Source: Idiomarinaceae bacterium (lineage in GTDB: Bacteria > Pseudomonadota > Gammaproteobacteria > Enterobacterales > Alteromonadaceae). Taken from it: a DNA stretch of 64,000 nucleotides. The notes below the pieces were generated by a model, which was not told the origin of the DNA, searched no databases, and saw only the letters and a list, made by a program, of their open reading frames with translations. Location of the stretch: the NCBI GenBank assembly GCA_002685255.1, contig NYWU01000016.1, forward strand, positions 115,043 to 179,042, read 5' to 3'. The translations under genes were made by a program, and so were the position numbers. Positions 21,570-30,548 of the stretch are shown here, piece after piece (position 1 is the first letter of the stretch; every line of letters starts with the position of its first letter).

Positions 21570-21684
21570 AGATAGTTCCTTTGTTGTTATTTTGTAACTA
21601 TTAAGTTAACAGACTGTCCTGAATTGCGAAACTTTGATAGAACAGTATTTCGACCGAATATGCCTAACTTGAGATAAAGCCAAA

Positions 21685-23586
21685 ATGCAGAATGAATCGA
21701 CCTTAAAAGACTTACCGCAATTACTCTGCGGCCCCTTAGTTCGGCATGTTGAGTCTGATCATTTTTATTTATGGCTAGTCACGAAAAGTGACCATGTTCC
21801 TCAGGTGGAATGTAGTATCGATGAGACGCCGGTCGATATCAAACAAACAGACCGAGTCATTGCTATTGGCAAGCATGCTTATGTGATATTGATAAGGGTC
21901 GAGCCTACTCAGCCGCTTGCCCACAACCAACGAATCGGTTACGACCTAGTTTGGCCCACCGAAAACGAGCGTTTATCAGACCAACACGACTTCTTGCTTT
22001 ATTCAGGGCAAACATGTCCGCAGTTTGTTTATAAAGAGACGATTGACCAGCTGCTTCATGGTTCATGCCGGCGACCTCATCACCCCGCCCGTGATGGGCT
22101 ATCGCGTGCTGATAAAGAGATTGAGGCACACCTCGATCGCCCCTCGAAACGCGCGGGCATTCTTCTGCACACAGGGGATCAAGTCTACGTTGATGATGTC
22201 GCAGGCCCAATGTTGGCATCCATACACGCGTTAATTGATGTACTAAAGCTATCTGATGAGACCTTGCCCGATGATCAACTGAATCAACTGGATGACTTAA
22301 TTCAACACCCAAATGGCTATTATAGCCGCCAATCTTTGCTACCGGATACGAAAGCCAACGAACCCCTGACTGAGAAATTTTTTGGTGGCGTGAAAAAACC
22401 GATTTTTACCTCAGCACATGCGGGTAACCATCTGATCACGGCCGCTGAAGTTTTCGCCATGTATATCCTCTGTTGGTCACCCACGCCGTGGCGTGTAATC
22501 AAAGTGCAACAGCCGTCGCAGTTAAACCAAGAACAACAAAAACGCTTTACCGATGAACAGGCAGCCATTGATGAATTCGTTAAAACATTGCCACAAGCAG
22601 CGCGTGCCATGGCCCACAGCATCAATTACATGATGTTTGACGATCACGACGTAACCGACGACTGGAATCTATCCGCCGCCTGGGAGCTTACGGCCTATCA
22701 CCATCCTTTTTCAAAACGTATTGTCGGCAACGCGCTGTGGGGCTATTTAATTTTTCAAGGTTGGGGCAACCAGCCCGAAGTGGTAACCCCCCTTATGGAT
22801 GCCACTGCACAATTACTTGAAAAGCCATTAACTGAGCAACCAGAAGAGCACGATCAACTTATCGAGCAACTGCTGGACTGGGAGCAGTGGCAGTTCAGCC
22901 TTAATACGCGACCCAAAATTCTTGTGCTCGATACCCGCACCCGTCGCTGGCGAAGTGAGCGTAGTATCCGCAAACCATCGGGATTAATGGATTGGGAATC
23001 TTTAATGGAGATGCAGCACCAAATTATGGATGAAGAGGCTGTGATTTTAGTGTCCCCTGCACCGATATTTGGCGTGAAACTAATAGAAGCGATCCAAACG
23101 GTGTTTACCGCGTTGGGTAAACCGCTGGTTGTTGATGCTGAAAACTGGATGGCGCACAACGGTGCTGCCAATACCCTACTCAATATCTTTTCCCATAAAC
23201 GCACACCGCAAAAGTTCACGATTCTGTCGGGTGACGTGCACTATTCATTTGTATACGACGTGCAGTTACGGCGCGAAAAAGCCGAATCATCGATATGGCA
23301 AATTACCAGTAGTGGCGTTAAAAACGAGTTCCCGAATACATTATTAGAGTGGCTCGACCGTATGAATCGGTGGCTTTACTCCCCGCGTTCACCTCTCAAC
23401 TGGCTAACTAAACGACGCCGTTTCGCCGTGTCGCCACGGCTGCCGACCGGCCGTGATGCCGGTGAGCGACTCTGGAATCACTCCGGTATCGGCTGGGTCA
23501 GTTTTGATCAGGACGGTGCTCCGTCGCGTATCCGACAATTAAATGCAGACGGTAACGAAACCGAGTTTCTAAAGGAGGAGTCATGA
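21685..23586 (+). CDS. PhoD-like (alkaline phosphatase D family) metallophosphatase without signal peptide
   Basis: HGSCRRPH, GDQVYVDD, FDDHDVTDDWN, LDTRT, SGDVHYS. Confidence 0.8.
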   Translation: MQNESTLKDLPQLLCGPLVRHVESDHFYLWLVTKSDHVPQVECSIDETPVDIKQTDRVIAIGKHAYVILIRVEPTQPLAHNQRIGYDLVWPTENERLSDQHDFLLYSGQTCPQFVYKETIDQLLHGSCRRPHHPARDGLSRADKEIEAHLDRPSKRAGILLHTGDQVYVDDVAGPMLASIHALIDVLKLSDETLPDDQLNQLDDLIQHPNGYYSRQSLLPDTKANEPLTEKFFGGVKKPIFTSAHAGNHLITAAEVFAMYILCWSPTPWRVIKVQQPSQLNQEQQKRFTDEQAAIDEFVKTLPQAARAMAHSINYMMFDDHDVTDDWNLSAAWELTAYHHPFSKRIVGNALWGYLIFQGWGNQPEVVTPLMDATAQLLEKPLTEQPEEHDQLIEQLLDWEQWQFSLNTRPKILVLDTRTRRWRSERSIRKPSGLMDWESLMEMQHQIMDEEAVILVSPAPIFGVKLIEAIQTVFTALGKPLVVDAENWMAHNGAANTLLNIFSHKRTPQKFTILSGDVHYSFVYDVQLRREKAESSIWQITSSGVKNEFPNTLLEWLDRMNRWLYSPRSPLNWLTKRRRFAVSPRLPTGRDAGERLWNHSGIGWVSFDQDGAPSRIRQLNADGNETEFLKEES

Positions 23587-24548
23587 GTCAACCTAAGGCC
23601 GCAGAATGGCAACGTTTCGAACGATACAGCGATAAGCAGACTCATTATCAAGTTGCAATTATTACCGATGAGGACCAATCGTCTAAAATTCAATTAGAAG
23701 ATGGGCAATCGGCTTGGCACTCACGTTTACGGATTGATGAAGTGGCTCGTCAAGTCGACTCAGCTACAGGTGATGTGCAATATCATTTCCATGACCTTCC
23801 TCCAGACGATACCCATGAATATTCTTTAGTTTCACTGATCGCTGAAGGTGATCGGGGGGCGGAGTTCTCTGAACTCGTTCAGTTTGGTAAGCACTTACTT
23901 ACTTTTGATGATCGAACGGGACTTGTATGTGAGGTCCGCAACTTTAGTCAGTTAGTTCCTCGTCAGATATTGATGACTGGCAGTGGAGACGAAGAGTTCA
24001 AGGGCTTTAAAAGCGAGTGGGCTACCTTAAAAGACAATCACCTCTACATCGGAAGTCATGGTAAACGTCCACAAGAAGAGTGGATTAAGGTGATTGGTCG
24101 TCACTACGGTTTGCAAAGTGTCAACTGGCACGAAAACTATCAAAAAATACGCGAAGCAGCAGGAGTCTCTGGCGAAGGTTATATTATTCACGAGGCGGCG
24201 GAGTGGCACCCCGTTCTAAAAAAATGGCTATTTTTTCCACGTAAGTTATCCAACCAACCGTTTGACCCCGAACATGATGAGCGTGAATGTGGTAACAACC
24301 GATTGTTCATTTGCAGTGAGGACTTTTCCCATATTCAAGTCATTGAGGTCGGTCAACGTCATCCTGAGCGCGGCGTATCTTCTATCAAACTTGTTCCCGG
24401 CCGACAGAACGAGTGTATCGGGCTAAAAAGCGTGGAAATTGGCGACCGTACCGAAACCTATTTTTTCGCGTTTGATCTAACTGGCCGCGTGCTGCAACAA
24501 GACACGTTAATTGGCCACTACAAATGCGAAGGTATAGAGATTCTATAG
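23583..24548 (+). CDS. Calcium-activated nucleotidase / Cimex-type apyrase (CANT1 family)
   Basis: AIITDED, AEGDRGAEFSEL, FDDRTG, GFKSEW, YIIHEA, FFPRK, GVSSIK, LKSVE resemble CANT1 motifs (recalled); ATGA overlap with the PhoD-like gene. Confidence 0.8.
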   Translation: MSQPKAAEWQRFERYSDKQTHYQVAIITDEDQSSKIQLEDGQSAWHSRLRIDEVARQVDSATGDVQYHFHDLPPDDTHEYSLVSLIAEGDRGAEFSELVQFGKHLLTFDDRTGLVCEVRNFSQLVPRQILMTGSGDEEFKGFKSEWATLKDNHLYIGSHGKRPQEEWIKVIGRHYGLQSVNWHENYQKIREAAGVSGEGYIIHEAAEWHPVLKKWLFFPRKLSNQPFDPEHDERECGNNRLFICSEDFSHIQVIEVGQRHPERGVSSIKLVPGRQNECIGLKSVEIGDRTETYFFAFDLTGRVLQQDTLIGHYKCEGIEIL

Positions 24549-24558
24549 TATTTTATCG

Positions 24559-26787
24559 TTAGTCGCGCTTATCCTTATTATTGAATCGCGCTAAAGTTTC
24601 GCCGTAAACACACTCAACATGGCGAGTAAACGCCTCTACAGAGTAATCCGCAGCAAACTTAAGCGCCTGTTTACCGAGTCGCTCACGCAGCTCATCGTCA
24701 TTGATGAGCTTAACCACTTGCTCACTCCAACGGTCTTGTTTTGCAGGCGTTTTATAGCCGTTAATATCATCTTCGACGACATCTTCTATACCGCTCGAGC
24801 GCACAGCAACAACCGGCATACCCGCAGCCATCGCCTCAAGGATAACCATGCCTTGGGTTTCAGACTGCGAGGCAAACACAAATAAGTCACCCAACGCATA
24901 CCATTCCGGCATATCCTTAGGTGGAACGGCACCCACTAATTGAACACAATCAGTCAGTCCATTGTCATCAATCCGCTGTTGCAGATAGTCGCGCTGATGC
25001 CCTTCACCGATTTGCAGCAAGCGCACAGGCTTATTAGCACGCTTACGGATATCGACCATCGCGTCTATCATGAAGTCGATATTTTTCTCATCAGAGAGAC
25101 GCGCCACACTCACCAAAATACATTCGTCGTCACTCATGGACTGTGATGTTTTGATTGAATCAATCTTATCGCGGCTGACTTTTTGGAAGCGCTGATACTC
25201 AATGCCTGTTGGTTGCACATAGATAGGTCGCGTTACACCAATCATTCGTAAATACTCTTCAACCGACTGGGTCGGCACAATGACACTATCGCATTTGTTG
25301 GCAAAGCGGCGCACCATAATATGCGCGATGATATTCCGAAATAAGTTACCCGGCAGCATGACATAATGAGCATAGTGTTCTAGCCGTGTGTGGTAGGTAT
25401 AAACCACGGGCACTTTCAAACGCTTGGCCATGTAAACACCGAGCGAGCCTATCCAAAACGGATGATGCACATGAATAATATCAGGCTTGAGTGCTTTTAC
25501 CTTTTGTCTAACTACACGTGAAAATAAATGCGCGAACTGGAATTCACTGTTTTCACCAAATGAGAACCAATTAGGCATACGAATAACATGCGCTTCATCG
25601 GTACGGGCATTCGCGTATTTGGGTGCCACGATCGAGATTTTATGTCCGAGATGCTTCAGGCCCACCCTTAAGCGCTCGATAGAAATAGGTACACCGCCGA
25701 TAAACGGTAAATAGTTGTTGGTGAACATCACGATGTTCAGTGGCTTACTTAACCATGGTTTTGGATCGATATCATAATCAGGATAATAAGACTTACCCAC
25801 GAACACCATTTGATACAGCTTTACGCTCACAAGTAGCAGTGCGCTTACGATAAGAATAAAGTTGATGTAGCCTGCGTAGAGCAACGAGTAAATAAAGAAC
25901 CAGAGGCTTTCGAGTATTTTGAGCACCGGATGTTGACCGACTTCAAGCTCATTCACATTCACCTCGATGCCGGCATCTGTTACATGCACCATCAAATAGT
26001 GATAGAAGCTATTATCGTGATTGAGCACTAAGCCACCTGCGCCACCTGTAATATAAAATGGCGTGCCTTTGTACATCACCTTATCGTAAATCGATAGATG
26101 ACTGGAAAATACCGCGTCAACCGAGTGCTGCTCAACCAGTTGCAATAGCCCCGAGCGAAAGCCCAGCGGCTGTAAAAAGTCATCATCCGTCGCAAACAAG
26201 GTCTCGCTCTTAGGCTGCACAGGCGGGTGAGATACAAAAATAAAGCGGTGCTTTGACTCATCCGCGCGTAAAATATCCGTCAGCCAACGCAGTTGCCACT
26301 GCCATGGCGTTTTACCTGTGCTATCCAAAAAGATAAAACGCGTGCTGTCTGCTACAAAGCTAAAAAAGTGAGGGCCGAAATGTTCGTAGTAGCGAAAGCT
26401 ACCAAATTCGTCGTATTCATTATCACCAAAAGTGAGCAAATAGGGTTTATTCAAATGCGACAGACTGCCATACAAGGCACGATATTTATCTTCGCCACCA
26501 CCACTCACCGCATTACCAGCGGATACAACAAAGTCGATATCAGCTTGGTTTAATTCAGGAATGATCCGCTGCTCAAAGATACCAATCGAATTGTTAATAT
26601 TGCCCAGTACCGCAAACTGATAGTCTGAATCACCTTGCAAACGACTACTGATACTCGCCACCTGATCGCTATGCACCACTTCAAATTCAGGCTGGCTAAA
26701 ATTCAAATAAATCTTATAGCCAATAACCAACGCTACAATGGCGACATTGACGTAAAACAGTAACTTCAGCCATTTATTTTTATTCAT
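24559..26787 (-). CDS. Fusion: TM - degenerate calcineurin-like phosphoesterase domain - TM - GT4 glycosyltransferase (DAG glycosyltransferase-like)
   Basis: GT4 motifs FTNNYLPFIGGV, HVHHPF, YTYHT, SETQGMVILEAMAAG; N-terminal domain GNINN / GNAV / GDNE / SHPP / SSH. Confidence 0.8.
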   Translation of the reverse strand: MNKNKWLKLLFYVNVAIVALVIGYKIYLNFSQPEFEVVHSDQVASISSRLQGDSDYQFAVLGNINNSIGIFEQRIIPELNQADIDFVVSAGNAVSGGGEDKYRALYGSLSHLNKPYLLTFGDNEYDEFGSFRYYEHFGPHFFSFVADSTRFIFLDSTGKTPWQWQLRWLTDILRADESKHRFIFVSHPPVQPKSETLFATDDDFLQPLGFRSGLLQLVEQHSVDAVFSSHLSIYDKVMYKGTPFYITGGAGGLVLNHDNSFYHYLMVHVTDAGIEVNVNELEVGQHPVLKILESLWFFIYSLLYAGYINFILIVSALLLVSVKLYQMVFVGKSYYPDYDIDPKPWLSKPLNIVMFTNNYLPFIGGVPISIERLRVGLKHLGHKISIVAPKYANARTDEAHVIRMPNWFSFGENSEFQFAHLFSRVVRQKVKALKPDIIHVHHPFWIGSLGVYMAKRLKVPVVYTYHTRLEHYAHYVMLPGNLFRNIIAHIMVRRFANKCDSVIVPTQSVEEYLRMIGVTRPIYVQPTGIEYQRFQKVSRDKIDSIKTSQSMSDDECILVSVARLSDEKNIDFMIDAMVDIRKRANKPVRLLQIGEGHQRDYLQQRIDDNGLTDCVQLVGAVPPKDMPEWYALGDLFVFASQSETQGMVILEAMAAGMPVVAVRSSGIEDVVEDDINGYKTPAKQDRWSEQVVKLINDDELRERLGKQALKFAADYSVEAFTRHVECVYGETLARFNNKDKRD

Positions 26788-27833
26788 GCGTCCTTCCTGC
26801 GACTTGCCAACATCTCATACTGCAACGTCACCATGCCAATCAGCATGCCCAAATAAATCGTGATAAAGCGCCAGCTAAAGATAATTAATAATAAATGATT
26901 ACTTTGCACAAACTGCGCAAAAAATGAACCGAAAACCCCCTCAGAAACACCTGATGCTCCCGGGGTTGGTGCAAAATACATGACAAAGGTGGTCACCACC
27001 AAAAGACCAACGGACTGCCAATAAGGCACCGTATAGTCGAGTCCCCATAATAAAATAGCGGGGAAACTGAAGAGGCTTAATAAAAAGACAACCGTGAAAA
27101 ACACAGAACCCCATACATAGAGCGGCTTGCCCTTACAATAATCTCGAAAACTGTCGGCAAAGCGGAGCATTTCACGTTTGCTCCAAAAGCCAAGCACACG
27201 ACATTTATGTGCACTCATTAAATTGACTGTCGTGAGCAATCTAAGCACGCCATTGATCGGCGCAATCAGCCAATGGGTTTTGAACAGCACCATCGCAAAA
27301 AATGCTAAGTAAGCGGTGACCAATACAGCAAGCGAGCCGCCAATGCCTTTAGATAGCGTTGAGTCAGAGAGCGCAGGCAGTGTCAGCAATAACACCGGCG
27401 TGAATGTGAAGATAAAAATCACCGCCAACACAGTCCGAATAGTGGTTGCTGCCGTCGCACGTCCCACCGGCACACCCTGCTTCGCCAAATACCACACTTG
27501 CGCAAAGCCTCCACCGGTCGCCATCGGTGTGACATTGGAAAAAAACATATTAATAAAAATCAGTCGCGTCATTGGCGCTGCCGGCACCCGATACCCCAGT
27601 GCTCTTAAAGTAAAGTAGAGGCGCAATCCGTCACTGGCGAAATAGACAATAAGTAACGCCAGTAAACTGAGCAGCACCGTAGGTTGCAGCAACTGACTAT
27701 CAAATTGAAGCTCAGCACCTTGGAAAAACTGCTGAATGCTGTAAAAACCGAGCGCCGTTAATACAACAAAGAGGCCACTGAAAATCAGCAGCCTCTTCCA
27801 CGCGATAGGTTGTTTCTCTGTATTGATAGGCAT
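26784..27833 (-). CDS. LPG-synthase transmembrane-domain (UPF0104) flippase-like protein
   Basis: multi-TM; TPMATGGG, PTPGASGVSE, WRFITIY; overlaps the GT start by 4 nt. Confidence 0.8.
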   Translation of the reverse strand: MPINTEKQPIAWKRLLIFSGLFVVLTALGFYSIQQFFQGAELQFDSQLLQPTVLLSLLALLIVYFASDGLRLYFTLRALGYRVPAAPMTRLIFINMFFSNVTPMATGGGFAQVWYLAKQGVPVGRATAATTIRTVLAVIFIFTFTPVLLLTLPALSDSTLSKGIGGSLAVLVTAYLAFFAMVLFKTHWLIAPINGVLRLLTTVNLMSAHKCRVLGFWSKREMLRFADSFRDYCKGKPLYVWGSVFFTVVFLLSLFSFPAILLWGLDYTVPYWQSVGLLVVTTFVMYFAPTPGASGVSEGVFGSFFAQFVQSNHLLLIIFSWRFITIYLGMLIGMVTLQYEMLASRRKDA

Positions 27834-28507
27834 TAGTACCCGGGCATTAAAAACACTTCGCGAACACAGTTCCGCGGATGCGCATTAAGCGCATGTAAGA
27901 CCGCGTCGGCCACATCTTGAGGGTCTAATTTATCCGGCTTTGGCTCATCAAAGAACGGGGTGTTGACCATACCTGGTGCGATAACAGTACAGCGTCCGCT
28001 CCATTCGCGCATTTCTTCCGCTAAATTCTGGGCGAAGCCATGCACAAACCACTTGCTTGCCCCGTAAACAGAGCCTTTAATCGCGGTGCGCCCTGCTGCC
28101 GAACCGGTCATAATAAAGTGACCCGTGGATTTCTTTAAGTGCGGCAAAGTAAGTTTGGCGGTATAGAGTAAAGCATTGATATTAAGATCAATCATTTCGC
28201 GCCACTCGTTAGGGTCGCCATTTTCAGTGCCTGCAGCATTCAATCCCTTACCCGCATTAGCAAATACGGCATCCAGTTGGCCAAACTGATCAACGGTTTG
28301 CTGTACCACACGCTCCAGTTGCTGATAGTCCGTTACATCGGCCGCAATAGGTAATACGTGCTCAGCGCCCAACTCATTTGCCAATGCTTGCAGCTTATCC
28401 TCACTGCGAGCGGTTGCCACAACCTTGTAACCTTGCTTTACCGCCTCTTTAACGGTGGCTTCGCCAATCCCCGAGGAGGCGCCTGTAATCAACAACACTT
28501 TGGCCAT
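27833..28507 (-). CDS. Short-chain dehydrogenase/reductase (NADP-dependent type)
   Basis: TGASSGIG, NAG, YGASK. Confidence 0.9.
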   Translation of the reverse strand: MAKVLLITGASSGIGEATVKEAVKQGYKVVATARSEDKLQALANELGAEHVLPIAADVTDYQQLERVVQQTVDQFGQLDAVFANAGKGLNAAGTENGDPNEWREMIDLNINALLYTAKLTLPHLKKSTGHFIMTGSAAGRTAIKGSVYGASKWFVHGFAQNLAEEMREWSGRCTVIAPGMVNTPFFDEPKPDKLDPQDVADAVLHALNAHPRNCVREVFLMPGY

Positions 28508-28565
28508 GGAAACTACTCCTTTCGGTTTGTTAAAGTCGTTCTTACGATAAATTCGATTAAACGGT

Positions 28566-28934
28566 TTAGGTCGGGGCTAAAAACAAGATACTCACCCACG
28601 TAATTAACATCAGTAGAATCGAAATAAAAACCGCTGCTGAGGCAATATCCTTTGCTTTCCCGCTCAGCTCATGGAAGTCAGGACCAATACGATCAACAAC
28701 CGCTTCAATGGCGGAGTTAAGTAGCTCTGTAATAAGCACGATGCCGTAAGTAATAATAAGTAATAGCTTGGCTATCAGTCCGCTTGGCACAAATAATAGT
28801 GTTGGAATGATAATAATAAGTAATGCACACTCTTGCCTAAATGCAGCTTCACTTCTCAACGCCGCGACCAAACCGCGAAACGAATATCGGTTCGCATTAA
28901 TGATTCTGCGTAGACCTTTTTGACTTGGTTTCAC
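28566..28934 (-). CDS. dgkA: Diacylglycerol kinase
   Basis: SEAAFRQE, ELLNSAIEAVVDRI, GKAKDIASAAV; GTG start. Confidence 0.92.
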   Translation of the reverse strand: MKPSQKGLRRIINANRYSFRGLVAALRSEAAFRQECALLIIIIPTLLFVPSGLIAKLLLIITYGIVLITELLNSAIEAVVDRIGPDFHELSGKAKDIASAAVFISILLMLITWVSILFLAPT

Positions 28935-28950
28935 TTAACCTTTCCTTGTT

Positions 28951-29655
28951 TTACCCTAGTAACTGATTACCTACTAAACCAATAATAAATCCAAATACGG
29001 CACCTAGCGGGGGCGTCCAATAACGTGGCATGGTCGATTGCGGCGCAATATCTTGAAAGATCAGATACAAAATACCACCTGAAGCCGTTGCCATGATAAC
29101 GGCTGTCGCCTCGGTATAGTCAGAAAGAACCCAATGCCCAGTCAGTGCTGCGATAGGACCGATAAACGCTACAAGGAAAAAGCCCGTTAAGCGCTTTTTC
29201 TCTGACAACTTAGAACCTTGGAGTTCCCTAAAGGCATTAAAACCTTCAGGAAGATTTTGTAAGCCGATAAATAGCGCCAGTAACATGCCAAACTCGGGTT
29301 TGATTGCAAACATCGCCCCCAAACTCAGTGCCTCTGGGATAAAGTCGAGTAACATTGCCAGTAGTTGAGACGCTTGGCTTGCCTGCTTCGCTAGCCACTG
29401 GTCGACCCAGCAAAACAATATCCCGCCTGCCATGAAGGCAGTCGCAACTGCCCAGACGGGCAAGTTCTTGTTGGCTTCAGGCAGCAGCGCAAACATAACG
29501 GCGGAAAGAAGTATCCCACCACCTATGGCGACAACGCCGTGAACTAACTTTTGCTTATTAGCAGACTCAGCCGAGCCTTCCCACTTGGCTAACAGAGCCC
29601 CTAAAAAAGCTGTAAAGCCAGCAACCCATGTTAGAACAAGCATCTTTATAATCAT
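28951..29655 (-). CDS. ZIP/ZupT (GufA-like) divalent metal transporter
   Basis: DFIPE, QNLPEG, multi-TM. Confidence 0.75.
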   Translation of the reverse strand: MIIKMLVLTWVAGFTAFLGALLAKWEGSAESANKQKLVHGVVAIGGGILLSAVMFALLPEANKNLPVWAVATAFMAGGILFCWVDQWLAKQASQASQLLAMLLDFIPEALSLGAMFAIKPEFGMLLALFIGLQNLPEGFNAFRELQGSKLSEKKRLTGFFLVAFIGPIAALTGHWVLSDYTEATAVIMATASGGILYLIFQDIAPQSTMPRYWTPPLGAVFGFIIGLVGNQLLG

Positions 29656-29733
29656 ATAGCGCTCCGTGCTTATCGTACTTATGTAACAGTTAGTGATCTA
29701 TCACGCGTTAAATCTAGCACCTAGAGAACTCAG

Positions 29734-29946
29734 TTACCGACTGTCATCAAACCAAAACACATCTTCAAGGCGCTGCCCAAAAACGCGCGCTATCAGAAAT
29801 GCTGTTTCGAGTGAGGGTGAATAACGTCGTTGTTCAATTGCCGCAATGGTCTGACGCGTTAAATTGACCTTGTCGCCAAGTTCGGCCTGGGTCATTCCAC
29901 CGTGTTGTTCGCGCAAAGCACGCACACAGTTATCGATGGGCAACAT
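29734..29946 (-). CDS. XRE-family HTH regulator
   Basis: MTQAELG..V.LTRQTI.AIE...YSPSLE.AF.IA..F...EDVF. Confidence 0.88.
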   Translation of the reverse strand: MLPIDNCVRALREQHGGMTQAELGDKVNLTRQTIAAIEQRRYSPSLETAFLIARVFGQRLEDVFWFDDSR

Positions 29947-29947
29947 A

Positions 29948-30367
29948 TTAATAACCCCGTCGATAGCCGATAATTTCTACAAGGTACTCCGCAGCTTGCG
30001 CCACCACTAAACTCAACAATGCCATCAAAAACAGAAGATCGCCGTGTTGATGCACCAAATACGTCATTAAACTAGAAACAATGAGTACGCCTAATAAGAT
30101 ACCAGAATAGGCATCCGCACGTTGTTGAATCGTTTTTTCGCGTTCATCTGCGGGGCGATTCGCCGACTTACGATCAACAAGCGCTAACGCGATCTGACCG
30201 ATAATACTCAACACAATGAGCCCCATCGTTAACTGTGTAAAGACCGAAACCGCTGGCGGCCACTGGCTTGTTGAATTAAAGCCCTGCACAACCTCAAAAG
30301 TAAGACCGCCACCGACCAATAACGTAATGATTAACATCAGCCATGCTGATTTTTCACGAAATGCCAT
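29948..30367 (-). CDS. 4-TM membrane protein (DUF2178-like) paired with the XRE regulator
   Basis: MAFREKSAW, DEREK motif between TM pairs. Confidence 0.65.
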   Translation of the reverse strand: MAFREKSAWLMLIITLLVGGGLTFEVVQGFNSTSQWPPAVSVFTQLTMGLIVLSIIGQIALALVDRKSANRPADEREKTIQQRADAYSGILLGVLIVSSLMTYLVHQHGDLLFLMALLSLVVAQAAEYLVEIIGYRRGY

Positions 30368-30380
30368 AACCCACCCATCA

Positions 30381-30444
30381 TGTTAAAAATAGTTAACACT
30401 CGAAGATTAGATTCATCGCCTTATTATGTCAAATATTTTTAACA
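30381..30444. promoter_or_regulatory. Two palindromic operators TGTYAA-N6-TTAACA
   Basis: TGTTAA-AAATAG-TTAACA (30381-30398) and TGTCAA-ATATTT-TTAACA (30427-30444). Confidence 0.6.
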
Positions 30445-30548
30445 TCGCAGGAAAAATGAAAAATAATATAATTAGCAATCAAAGTGAGCCATATATTATG
30501 TTTTTTGCGTAATTGACTTAGTCCCGTTAGTCAGTCGGCAGAGTCATT

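Noticed and set aside
21601-21684. Pho box for the PhoD-like/apyrase operon
   Set aside because: Only a single CTGTCCT half-site with no phased partner; Pho control of this operon is not supported by sequence.
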